DNA of 62,868 nt, filler included, from an uncultured Acidimicrobiales bacterium (GTDB taxonomy: Bacteria; Actinomycetota; Acidimicrobiia; Acidimicrobiales; UBA10347), in NCBI GenBank assembly GCA_943788915.1. It is 2 parts of 2 records of this genome, joined end to end, with 100 filler letters (N's around TTAATTAATTAA, not from the genome) between each part and the next. Parts side by side here need not be neighbours in the genome. Positions count along the whole stretch, not along the records: positions 32,063 to 62,868 come from CALSSD010000028.1; 1 more part is not named here. One strand, written 5' to 3'. The position numbers and the translations under genes are program-made. Numbering within the stretch: the stretch's first letter is position 1; the number at the start of each line of letters is the position of its first letter. Positions 51,111 through 59,759 of the stretch are shown piece after piece. The notes below the pieces were generated by a model, which searched no databases, was not told the DNA's origin, and saw only the letters and a program-made list of their open reading frames with translations.

Positions 51111-51992
51111 GTGTCTCTCTCATTGGTGATGCCGGGCATAGCGGTGGTGCTGTTGGCCGTGATTGCTGGGCGGGCGCGATGGTCTGATGCCCCGGCGATG
51201 GCGATGCGAGTGTTGACGGTGGTTGTCGCGTTTGCGAGCGCGACGGTGTTGTTGGTGATTCTTGCGGTTGCTGCTGGGTTCGTGGCTAGGTCGTCTGTTG
51301 GATTGGCGGTGTTGCAGCGTTGTCCGAGGCTCGGGCTTGTTCACCATCAGGTTGGTGCCATCGAGGGAACGATGGCACTGGTTGCCCTTGTGGTGATCTG
51401 CTTTCGGGTTGTGCATGTCGTGCGTCTCAGGCGCTGGGCCGCGCAGGGCACCAAAGGCCAGCACCTGAAGGTACTTCGGACAGAGGAGCCAATCGCATAC
51501 GCAGCTCCGGGGAAGCCGGGTTGTGTCGTTGTGTCTCGTGGATTACTCCAGGAGTTGTCATCTGATGAGCGGCGTGTGATGTTCGCTCACGAGCGAGCTC
51601 ACCTGAGCCAAAACCATCATCGTTATCTGCTCGTTGGAGCGATCGCGACCGCGAATGTTCCCGTCTTGTCGCGTGCGGTTGAGCAATTGCGGTTGGCGAC
51701 CGAGCGCTGCGCTGATGAAGCTGCAGTGCAGGTGATGGGCGGCGATCGCGAGGTTGTCGCGGTGTCGATTGGCCGTGCTGCGCTCGCGACCACCGCATTT
51801 GGCGGTCCAGTTGGCGCATTTGGAGGCGGTTCGATCCCGCTTCGGGTTCAGGCGTTGCTGGAGGAACCAAGAACTTCGCCTGTGCGAAAGATGGTCGCAA
51901 TCGCGATTTTGGTGGGCGCTGGTGTGACGACCGCATCATCGGTCCAGGTGCACCACTTGTATGAATTGGTCGCTCACGTGTGTGGCGTGTGA
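51111..51992 (+). CDS. M56 family (BlaR1-like) membrane metallopeptidase
   Basis: N-terminal TMs, AHERAHL (HExxH), ERCADEAA; abuts the repressor gene. Confidence 0.9.
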   Translation: MSLSLVMPGIAVVLLAVIAGRARWSDAPAMAMRVLTVVVAFASATVLLVILAVAAGFVARSSVGLAVLQRCPRLGLVHHQVGAIEGTMALVALVVICFRVVHVVRLRRWAAQGTKGQHLKVLRTEEPIAYAAPGKPGCVVVSRGLLQELSSDERRVMFAHERAHLSQNHHRYLLVGAIATANVPVLSRAVEQLRLATERCADEAAVQVMGGDREVVAVSIGRAALATTAFGGPVGAFGGGSIPLRVQALLEEPRTSPVRKMVAIAILVGAGVTTASSVQVHHLYELVAHVCGV

Positions 51993-52055
51993 CTGACCAT
52001 TCCTCAGCCGGCGACCCGGTCATCAGGGACTGTTTGGCTTAGCCGCCACTGCTAC

Positions 52056-52072
52056 TACGACAGGGTGTAGTA
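52056..52072. promoter_or_regulatory. BlaI-type operator upstream of the copper operon
   Basis: TACGAC-AGGGT-GTAGTA. Confidence 0.72.
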
Positions 52073-52141
52073 TTCTGTCCTGCGGTGCCGCTGAGGTGGC
52101 CTTCCCGATCTCTCCCCAGATCCGAAAGACGTTCTACACCT

Positions 52142-53821
52142 ATGCGAACTGCACTCTTCATGCGCGAGTCCTCAACAAGAGCGTTGAAAGCTTCTGGCAG
52201 AGCAGTGTTCCGCGGCCTCGGTCTTTTCGTTCTTGTCGTAGCGCTGGTAGTTCCCTTCGCACCGGGTGCTGACGCTCATACCGACTTTGAGTACTCCGAT
52301 CCGGCCGATGGTGCGATCATCGCAGAACCGGTGTCGCAAGTTCGGGTGCGGTTCACGGCCGAATCGTTGGTAGCGGGTGACGGCTTTGTGGTGCTGACGC
52401 CTACGGGCGAGATCATTGCTCCTGAGATAGTGGTGAGCGAGGATCAACGCGAATTCACGCTGCTGTTCGAACCGGCACTCACCGCTGGCGACGTTGGGGT
52501 GCAATGGTCGGTTCGAGCGGGCGACGCTCATCCAATCGAGGGAGCATTCAGCTTCACTACGACGGCTCCAGCGCCAGATGTGGCCCGGGAACAAGTCATT
52601 CCCGCTGGTGACGCGGAACCGGTGGACTCGACGGGGCTGCCCGAAGAAGAACTGGCGAGCCCAACCGAACCAGACGAGACGACTCGTGAGATAGCGGAGA
52701 GCCCCACAGAGGAGCTTGTGTAGCCAGCACCCGTTGACTCCGAATCAGCGGGCGAGACGCGATCTGCACAGGCAGACGGTGCAGCGGCTGTAGCGCTTGA
52801 TGATTTCTTGGGCGGCATTGATAACGGCACGAGTCTCGCAGGAACGGTTGGGTTTGTGGGCCGGTTCGCATCCCAAGCCGGCAGCCTGATCGCAATCGGC
52901 GTCGTTGCGTTCGCGTTGTGGGCCAGTTCCCAAACCAAGACGGAGACCCGGATCTTCGTGTGCCTGGTGCGCCAGGCCGGGGTTGTGGTAGTTGCCGGAG
53001 CACTGGTGGAAGCGGTTGGCCTACTGATGAGTTTGGGCAGTTTCACCGAGGCCATGTTCAGTTCTGCGGGTCTGGCGATCTTTCTGCGGTCAGCGGGAGC
53101 GGTTGGGCTCGTTGCGCTCACGGCCCGGATCGCTCCGGCCCAGAGCGCCTCAACCATCATCGCCGCTGACGAGCGGTTGTTGGTGGGCGTTGGCGGTGCG
53201 TTCTCGGGCGCCGTTGGTGCGGCCGGGAATGCGCCCACCGCGGCTGTCCAGGGCAACGATGGTCGGTCGAGGGTCTCAGATCGAGTCGACACCAATGCCT
53301 TGTGGTTCGCCGGTCTCATAGCGTTGTCCTATGCATTCGACGGTCACACCGTCACCAAGGGCAGGCACCTGATTACTGGGCTTATTGCCTTGATGCATGT
53401 GAGCGCGGGCGCGGTCTGGTTGGGAGGTTTGGTCTGTCTCATCATGATTTCAAGGACACGAAACGCGACCGACGCTGCTTCGGATCGTTTCATCGAGTCG
53501 ATTGTCAGGTTCTCGGTCGTGGCAGCGATCGCCCTCGCAGCAGTTGGCGCGGCGGGTCTGATGCTGACGATCACGATCTTGGGTTCCTTCTCAGAGCTGT
53601 GGTCCACAGCGTGGGGTCGATTGTTGATCGCCAAAGTGATGGTCGTCGCTGTAGCGGTGGCTGCCGGAGCGTTCAATCATTTCGTGCTGGTGCCAGAGCT
53701 GCGATCCGAGTCGGCCCATCACGATGCCCGAGAGTCCTTTGTGCGCACCATCCGGATCGAGGTAACAGCCCTGGTCGCTGCAGTGCTGGTAACCGCAGCG
53801 CTGGTCGCGGCCGCATCGTGA
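52142..53821 (+). CDS. copCD: CopC-CopD fusion interrupted by one in-frame TAG (52721-52723)
   Basis: CopC AHTDFEYSDPADGA...DAHPIEGAFSF; the same frame continues to CopD FDGHT, HVSAGAVWLGGL, RFS, WGRLLIAK. Confidence 0.85.
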
Positions 53822-54108
53822 CCCGTCGACGGATTCTCGCCCTGGTAGGTATGGCGGGTGCTGCGTCAGGTGCGGTAGTCAACGCCCCGGTCGTTCGGCG
53901 GGTGCAATGGCGAAGCGACAAGATTGTTGACATCGCTATCGATGGAACGCTCTATGAGACTTCGGATTTGAGTGGGTCGTGGTCTGTTCTCGGTCAGGTT
54001 GACGAGGAGGCTGTTGCATTCACATCTCGTGATAGCGAGTTCTGGATAGTCACTGATGGCGCAGGAGTCTTGCACAACGACGCCGCTCCAGATCGGCCCG
54101 GAGCATGA
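53818..54108 (+). CDS. 96-aa protein with a Tat-like N-terminus, translationally coupled on both sides
   Basis: GTGA overlap with copD, ATGA overlap with the oxidase; TRRRILALVG signal. Confidence 0.55.
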   Translation: MTRRRILALVGMAGAASGAVVNAPVVRRVQWRSDKIVDIAIDGTLYETSDLSGSWSVLGQVDEEAVAFTSRDSEFWIVTDGAGVLHNDAAPDRPGA

Positions 54109-55583
54109 CGAGTTCGAGCCCGTTCGCTCGGCCAGACCGCAACACAGTCCTGATCGCCGCTCTGGGGTTAGTCCTCATTGCCGGCGGGCTTGTCGCTGCC
54201 TTGATGCTGCTGTCACCAGCTGTCCCCGAAGCTCTCGCCCTCGATCCGAGCACGGTGGTCGCACCGTATGGTCAAGATGAATTGCCATCGGGAGCGATTC
54301 ATGAGGTCTCGCTTGTTGCTGCAGCGGGAACGATGCGGCTCGACGGGGTAGACGTCGACAACGTCTGGTCTTTCAATGGGTCGGTGCCGGGTCCTGAGAT
54401 CCGGATTCAGCTCGGTGACACCGTGAAGATCACGGTACAGAACGATCTTGACGTCGCGACAGCGGTGCATTGGCATGGCATTCGAGTCCCCAATGGCATG
54501 GATGGTGTGCCAGGAATTACGCAGGATCCAATCGCCCCCGGTTCGTCGTTCGTGTATGAATTCACGCCACCAGATGTCGGGACGTATTGGTATCACAGCC
54601 ACAAACGCGGAAATGAGCAGCTCGAGCGAGGCCTGTATGGTGCGTTCGTAGTTGAGGACGCAGAGCCGGCTGCATATTCACAAGATGTCACCTTGCTGGT
54701 TGATGACTGGCTGCTCGATCAAGTCGGGCAGCTTGATACCGACTTCGACAGCTCCGAGGATCTGCATCACAACGGTCGATGGGGCAACGCTCTTTCGGTA
54801 AACGCCGAGATCCTTCCAACAATCACCGCTGCGCCCGGCGAACGGCTGCGTCTCAGGTTGGTCAACGCGTCAAATGGACGGATTTATCAGCTGCGGTTCG
54901 GTGAACTTGACGCGGTCGCGATAGCGATGGACGGCTTCTATGTCGATCGGCCTCTGCCTGTTGACGGACTTGAAATCGCGCCCGGAAACCGGGTCGACAT
55001 TGACGTGACAATCCCCGTCGATGCAAAAGGGTCGTTCGTAATCGCCGACAGCCTGCTCAGCTTCAGCCCCGTACCACTGATGACGCTTGAAGTCTCTGGC
55101 GACCCAGTAGACCCACCAAGTTTTGCACCCCCCACGGCGCCGGTGCCGGACTGGAGCGATGCCATCGAGTGGGAGCCAAATGGCACCTTTGAACTGTCGC
55201 TCATTGGCGATGAAGACATCGCCGAGGATCAGCCAACCGGGCTTGCCGGAGATTTCGGCGGCGTGTTCGGTTGGGCAATCAACGGTCGTGCGTGGCCGGA
55301 TCACCGGACCCATGTGGCATCCCTTGGGCAGGCAGAGAAGCTGCGATTCGTGAATGATTCGGGTGCGTTCCACCCCATGCATCTCCACGGCCAGTTCTTC
55401 CAGGTTGTAGCCCGCAATGGTGTCCCTGTGCGTGAAGGGCACTTCCGCGACACGGTCCTGCTCAACTCCACCGACACCGTCGACATTGTCGTGGTGCCAA
55501 CTGACGTCGGCGTCTGGGCACTGCATTGCCACATCCAACTACATGCCGAATACGGCATGTTCACCCTGTACGAAGTGAGATAA
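54105..55583 (+). CDS. multicopper oxidase
   Basis: All four Cu motifs: HWHG, WYHSH, HPMHLHG, HCHIQLHAEYGM. Confidence 0.96.
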   Translation: MTSSSPFARPDRNTVLIAALGLVLIAGGLVAALMLLSPAVPEALALDPSTVVAPYGQDELPSGAIHEVSLVAAAGTMRLDGVDVDNVWSFNGSVPGPEIRIQLGDTVKITVQNDLDVATAVHWHGIRVPNGMDGVPGITQDPIAPGSSFVYEFTPPDVGTYWYHSHKRGNEQLERGLYGAFVVEDAEPAAYSQDVTLLVDDWLLDQVGQLDTDFDSSEDLHHNGRWGNALSVNAEILPTITAAPGERLRLRLVNASNGRIYQLRFGELDAVAIAMDGFYVDRPLPVDGLEIAPGNRVDIDVTIPVDAKGSFVIADSLLSFSPVPLMTLEVSGDPVDPPSFAPPTAPVPDWSDAIEWEPNGTFELSLIGDEDIAEDQPTGLAGDFGGVFGWAINGRAWPDHRTHVASLGQAEKLRFVNDSGAFHPMHLHGQFFQVVARNGVPVREGHFRDTVLLNSTDTVDIVVVPTDVGVWALHCHIQLHAEYGMFTLYEVR

Positions 55584-55594
55584 GGAACCCTCGG

Positions 55595-56221
55595 ATGAAA
55601 TCACCCACGTACGTGAATCTGGCTGCGGTGCTGGTAGCAGTCACGTTGCTAGCGGTCGCTTGTTCGAGCGAAGCGACCAGTGGTTCTGAGGCCGCTGACG
55701 CCCAGACCGGCGTGGTCGTCAAACCGGCGGAAACGGCTGCCCCAGAATCTGGTGCGCCAGTAACCCGACAGACAGCACCGCCCTCGACCGAGGCAAGAGA
55801 TCTCGAACCAGTCCCGATTGTCGACTTTGTCTGGTTCGACGGCACCGTCGGATCAACAGCTGATCTCGTGGGAGAGCCGACCGTCCTCAACTTCTGGGCC
55901 AGCAACTGCCCCCCATGTCTTGCCGAGATGCCTGCCTTCGAAGAAGTACATCAGGCGCTCGCCGAGTCTGTCGCCTTCGTGGGGATCGCCGTCGCTGACC
56001 CGGGCGAGGCAGCCCGAGAATTGGCTGCTCAGACCGGCGTCACCTACCGACTCGGTGATGATCCGGAGTCCGCGGTTTTTCGCAGCTTCGGCGGATTCGT
56101 GATGCCAACGACAGTGCTAATAAACAGCGACGGCGAAGTCGCCTACGTGGCGATAGGTGCGATCAGCGGTGATGAACTTCGGATCTTGATTGACACTCAT
56201 ATCCTCCCCGGAAGCCCGTAA
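55595..56221 (+). CDS. TlpA/ResA-like thiol-disulfide oxidoreductase lipoprotein
   Basis: LAVAC lipobox; NFWASNCPPCLAEMP; MPTTVLI. Confidence 0.92.
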   Translation: MKSPTYVNLAAVLVAVTLLAVACSSEATSGSEAADAQTGVVVKPAETAAPESGAPVTRQTAPPSTEARDLEPVPIVDFVWFDGTVGSTADLVGEPTVLNFWASNCPPCLAEMPAFEEVHQALAESVAFVGIAVADPGEAARELAAQTGVTYRLGDDPESAVFRSFGGFVMPTTVLINSDGEVAYVAIGAISGDELRILIDTHILPGSP

Positions 56222-56229
56222 GTAGCGCG

Positions 56230-56305
56230 ATGTTTGGCGTCGACCTGGCATTTCCGTTCGCTCTCGGGTTCGTCGCCGCGTTCAATCCGTGCGGCTTCGC
56301 CACGG
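56230..56305 (+). pseudogene. ccdA: 5' fragment of a CcdA/DsbD-type membrane protein
   Basis: MFGVDLAFPFALGFVAAFNPCGFA, then similarity is lost. Confidence 0.7.
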
Positions 56306-56424
56306 TGAGCTGGTCGCCCATTGCAACAGCGACGCTCTATGGCGGAACTCACTCCTACAATTTGTCGTATGCGCGTGCAGGTTGTTGAAGACGTCCAGAG
56401 TGCAAAAGATGTCAAGGCTGCTCG

Positions 56425-58269
56425 TTGATGGGCTCCGTGCGAATTGAGCCAACATCCAAGAGTGGACCAAGGGGGCGACGGTTCTGGTGGCTCCTGCCAT
56501 TGCTTGCGGCGCTGCTTGGTGGCGTCGTGGCGTGCGGAGCGAGTGGAGGAGAAGACGATGCTGTCGACTCAGGGTGCGTGGGGCAGGAGTCGGTCGCTCG
56601 AGTCTGGAACGAAACTGCACTGAATGCGATTCGTCGTGACTTCCCGGCACCGACGGTGCATTCACGCAATCTGTACCACCTTTCAGCGGCATTGTGGGAT
56701 GTCTGGGCTAGCTACGAACCGGGCGCCACCGGCCTTTTCTTCGACGAAAAGCGCGAGGCGGAAAACGTCGAAGATGAACGTGCCGAGGCCATGAGCTTCG
56801 CAGCGCACCGTTTACTGAGTAGCAGGTACGCCAACTCTGTTGGCGCCGCCGAATCACTCGCAGAGTTCGACCGGGTCATGACCGACCTGTGCTTCGATCC
56901 GGCAGTGGAACCCAACGATGCCCGAGCAGCATCCTTTGGTCTTTTGGTGGCTGATCAGATCCTGGCCGACACCCGTGACGACGGTTCCCTCGAGGCCGAT
57001 GCGTATATCGATCCGACCTATACGCCGACGAATGAACCTCTGGTGGTCAATCAGCCAGGTGCTCCGATGAGCGATCCGAATCGATGGCAGCCGCTAAGGC
57101 TGGCAGAACAGGTCACCCAGAACGGCCAGGTCATCCCCGACCAGGTGCAGGACTACATCGGCCCAAACTGGGGTTTTGTCACGCCCTTCGCAATCGAACC
57201 CGACCCAGTCCACGGGCTACCGATCGACCCAGGACAGCCACCGATGTTCGGTGTTGATGATGAGGAGTTCATTGCAGCAGCGTCCCAGGTCGTGGTGTAT
57301 TCGAGCCTGCTCAACTTCACCGATGAGACCAAAGTCGATATCAGCCCCGCAGCGCTCGGCAACACACCGCTCGGTACCTACGACCCACAAGGTTGGGACA
57401 CGAACCCCGATACCGGATTCGCCTACGAGCCGAACGAGGTGCTCGAGGTCGACTTCGCTCGCGTTATTGCCGAATACTGGGCCGACGGACCCGAGTCAGA
57501 GACACCACCCGGGCACTGGAACACACTGGCAAACGAAGTTGGTGACCAACTCGAAGCAGCCAGCGAGCTACGTATCGACGGAGACCCAGTCGACCGGCTT
57601 GAATGGGACGTCAAGATCGGCCTAACAATGAACGGCGCACTCCACGACGCAGCAATAGCAGCATGGGGTGCCAAGGCGTACTACGACTACGCCCGACCTA
57701 TTTCAATGATCCGTTACCTAGGCGAGCGCGCCCTACTCAACGAGATCCCTGGAGTCATTGAAACGATCACGCCCGAGAGCAGCGCGCCCGGAGAACGCCA
57801 CACCAGCCTCGCAGAATTTGTCGGTGAACAGGCTGTGTATACGTGGTGGGGACAGCCGTCCCAACCGACAACCCAGGTCGCTGGCGTTGTTTGGAAACGA
57901 GCCGCAACCTGGGTGCCCTATCAGCGGGCCAGTTTCGTGTCTCCAGCATTCGCTGCCTACGTGAGCGGCCATAGCGCATTTAGCCGAGCTGCCGCAGAAG
58001 TCCTTACGGAGTTCACCGGCTCCGAATTCTTCCCCGGCGGTCTGCACACACATACTGTCGAACCAGGAGGCCTCATCCACGAAAGCGGCCCCAACGAAAC
58101 CGTCGAACTGCAATGGGCCACCTACCGCGATGCAGCAGACCAAGCCGGAATATCACGACTCTACGGGGGCATCCACGTTCGAGCCGACGACCAAGCCGGA
58201 CGCAAGGTCGGCGCCGAGGTCGGCCTCACAGCCATCGAACGAGCCCGTCAACTATTCGGCGACCAATAG
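56425..58269 (+). CDS. vanadium-dependent haloperoxidase / PAP2-superfamily lipoprotein
   Basis: K-x6-RP (KAYYDYARP), YVSGHS, SR-x5-H-x3-D (SRLYGGIHVRAD); GVVAC lipobox. Confidence 0.88.
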   Translation: MMGSVRIEPTSKSGPRGRRFWWLLPLLAALLGGVVACGASGGEDDAVDSGCVGQESVARVWNETALNAIRRDFPAPTVHSRNLYHLSAALWDVWASYEPGATGLFFDEKREAENVEDERAEAMSFAAHRLLSSRYANSVGAAESLAEFDRVMTDLCFDPAVEPNDARAASFGLLVADQILADTRDDGSLEADAYIDPTYTPTNEPLVVNQPGAPMSDPNRWQPLRLAEQVTQNGQVIPDQVQDYIGPNWGFVTPFAIEPDPVHGLPIDPGQPPMFGVDDEEFIAAASQVVVYSSLLNFTDETKVDISPAALGNTPLGTYDPQGWDTNPDTGFAYEPNEVLEVDFARVIAEYWADGPESETPPGHWNTLANEVGDQLEAASELRIDGDPVDRLEWDVKIGLTMNGALHDAAIAAWGAKAYYDYARPISMIRYLGERALLNEIPGVIETITPESSAPGERHTSLAEFVGEQAVYTWWGQPSQPTTQVAGVVWKRAATWVPYQRASFVSPAFAAYVSGHSAFSRAAAEVLTEFTGSEFFPGGLHTHTVEPGGLIHESGPNETVELQWATYRDAADQAGISRLYGGIHVRADDQAGRKVGAEVGLTAIERARQLFGDQ

Positions 58270-58284
58270 ATCACCGGCTGCGGG

Positions 58285-58500
58285 GCCAACCGGCCCGTCT
58301 ATGTGGCAATGGGCATCGACCTGGAAGGTGAACGCGACATCCTCGGGATGTGGATTGGGTCATCAGGCGGTAAAGGCGCCAAGTTCTGGCACAGCGTGTT
58401 GACCGAACTGGCCAACCGGGGCATTACCGACGCTCTGGTGGTGTGTTGTGACGGCCTCAAAGGCCTGCCCGAAGCCATTCGGACGAGCTGGCCGTTGGCC
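58285..58500 (+). pseudogene. IS256-family transposase internal fragment
   Basis: NRPVYVAMGIDLEGERDILGMW...AKFWHSVLTELANRG...CCDGLKGLPEAI. Confidence 0.88.
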
Positions 58501-58706
58501 GAACGAAGCACCACGTGGTGGGTGCGACTGAGGAGCCTTCCGGTGGGTCTCTTCGGTCGAGGTGCAATCCTCCAAAAATCCCACAAGACACCGGCAACCA
58601 CCGGTAAACAGAGGTCAACAGCGACAAGTCTGACAAGCAACAATCGTTGCAATAGCAACGAAGACGGCGTCATTGTAACGATCTGCGCAGCGGTCATTTT
58701 TGATCG

Positions 58707-58749
58707 TCTAATCCGTAGGTCACAGGTTCGAATCCTGTCGGGGGCGCCA
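58707..58749 (+). repeat. right attachment site: duplicate of the 3' 43 nt of tRNA-Arg
   Basis: TCTAATCCGTAGGTCACAGGTTCGAATCCTGTCGGGGGCGCCA, identical to 50341-50383. Confidence 0.95.
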
Positions 58750-58821
58750 CAACAGAATACGACCGTTAGAAGGCTGCAACGACTCCCAACAAGTCCTGAA
58801 GCAGCTGCGGGTTTGTGCGGT

Positions 58822-59698
58822 TCAGAACTCTTGAATGCTCAAGATCTCGCAGCTGAAGGTTGGACTCGTTCACCCAATCCGGAAATTCGGTCAGCGTGTC
58901 AGCAGCACCTGACCAAAGTTGGCCTGCCCCGACGCTGTCGGTGAACGTCACGTCGTCTGCAAACCGGACGCCGTCCGGGCCTCGCAATGCGTAGTCGATG
59001 GCAAGTTCGGCGGTGTCGTCGAGCGGTGATACCACGTCGATCTGGACTTGGATATCGCCGAACGAGTCGACTTCAGCGAAGGTGCAACTGTCGCCAGGTT
59101 GTGGCTCAAAAGCGTTGAACCCAAACGACAACGGCTCGATCTCGAGAATGCGGCACGTGATGCCGCTGGCACCGTCGCTACCGGTTGGCGCATCGGTGAC
59201 CGTGTCCACCACGACGCGCACTGCTTCGCCCGGCTGGAGTTCCTCGATGAAATGTGTCGAGGATGCGAGTACCGCCCCAGCTCGGGCGATGACCTCGTAC
59301 TCCACGGTTGTATCGCTCTGTTCCGGGAGAGGGCTAATGAACGCGATTTCGATCTGCATATCGCCAAAGGAGTCGGCACCTGCGTAGGAGCAGGCCCGAC
59401 CGCCGACGATGTTTGAGGTGTCGTTTCCGTCGCTGGCGTCAGGTGTGACCGGTGTAGGAGTCGTTGTGGTCGTGCTGTTCCCATCGCTGGCGGCTGCGTC
59501 GGTGGTGGCAACTGGTGCGGGTGCTTCCGCAGTCGAAGGGGGCTCTGTTGGACCTGCAGCGTTGCGTTGAGCAGTGGCGGTTGCGCTCGCGATAGTGGCG
59601 TCATTGATAGTGACCGTTTCGGTTGCTGAGCAGGCTGATGCAGCCACGGCAACACAGAGCTGCAGCGCAAGAGCACGAACGAAGCGGAGAAATCTCAT
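58822..59698 (-). CDS. lipoprotein with two repeated ~100-aa domains; +1 frameshift at ~58860
   Basis: AASAC lipobox; CSYAGADSFGDMQIEI / CTFAEVDSFGDIQVQI; corrected end FSCEILSIQEF* parallels ITCRILEIEP of repeat 1. Confidence 0.7.
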
Positions 59699-59759
59699 GA
59701 GGGAAGTGTCGCATATCTGCCGGGCCATCACCGTTGCCAGAGATTGGTAGCATCGCCGG

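Larger units (their letters stand above)
50341..58749. mobile_element. ~8.4-kb genomic island integrated in tRNA-Arg(UCU); no integrase inside
   Basis: Identical 43-bp direct repeats at 50341-50383 and 58707-58749. Confidence 0.88.

Noticed and set aside
52721..52723. Pyrrolysine or amber readthrough at in-frame TAGs (here and 21476)
   Set aside because: Non-catalytic positions and no pyl genes in view; nonsense mutation or read error is simpler
58707..58749. Possible fourth tRNA gene
   Set aside because: Only the 3' 43 nt are present, with no D-arm or 5' acceptor strand; it is an att duplicate
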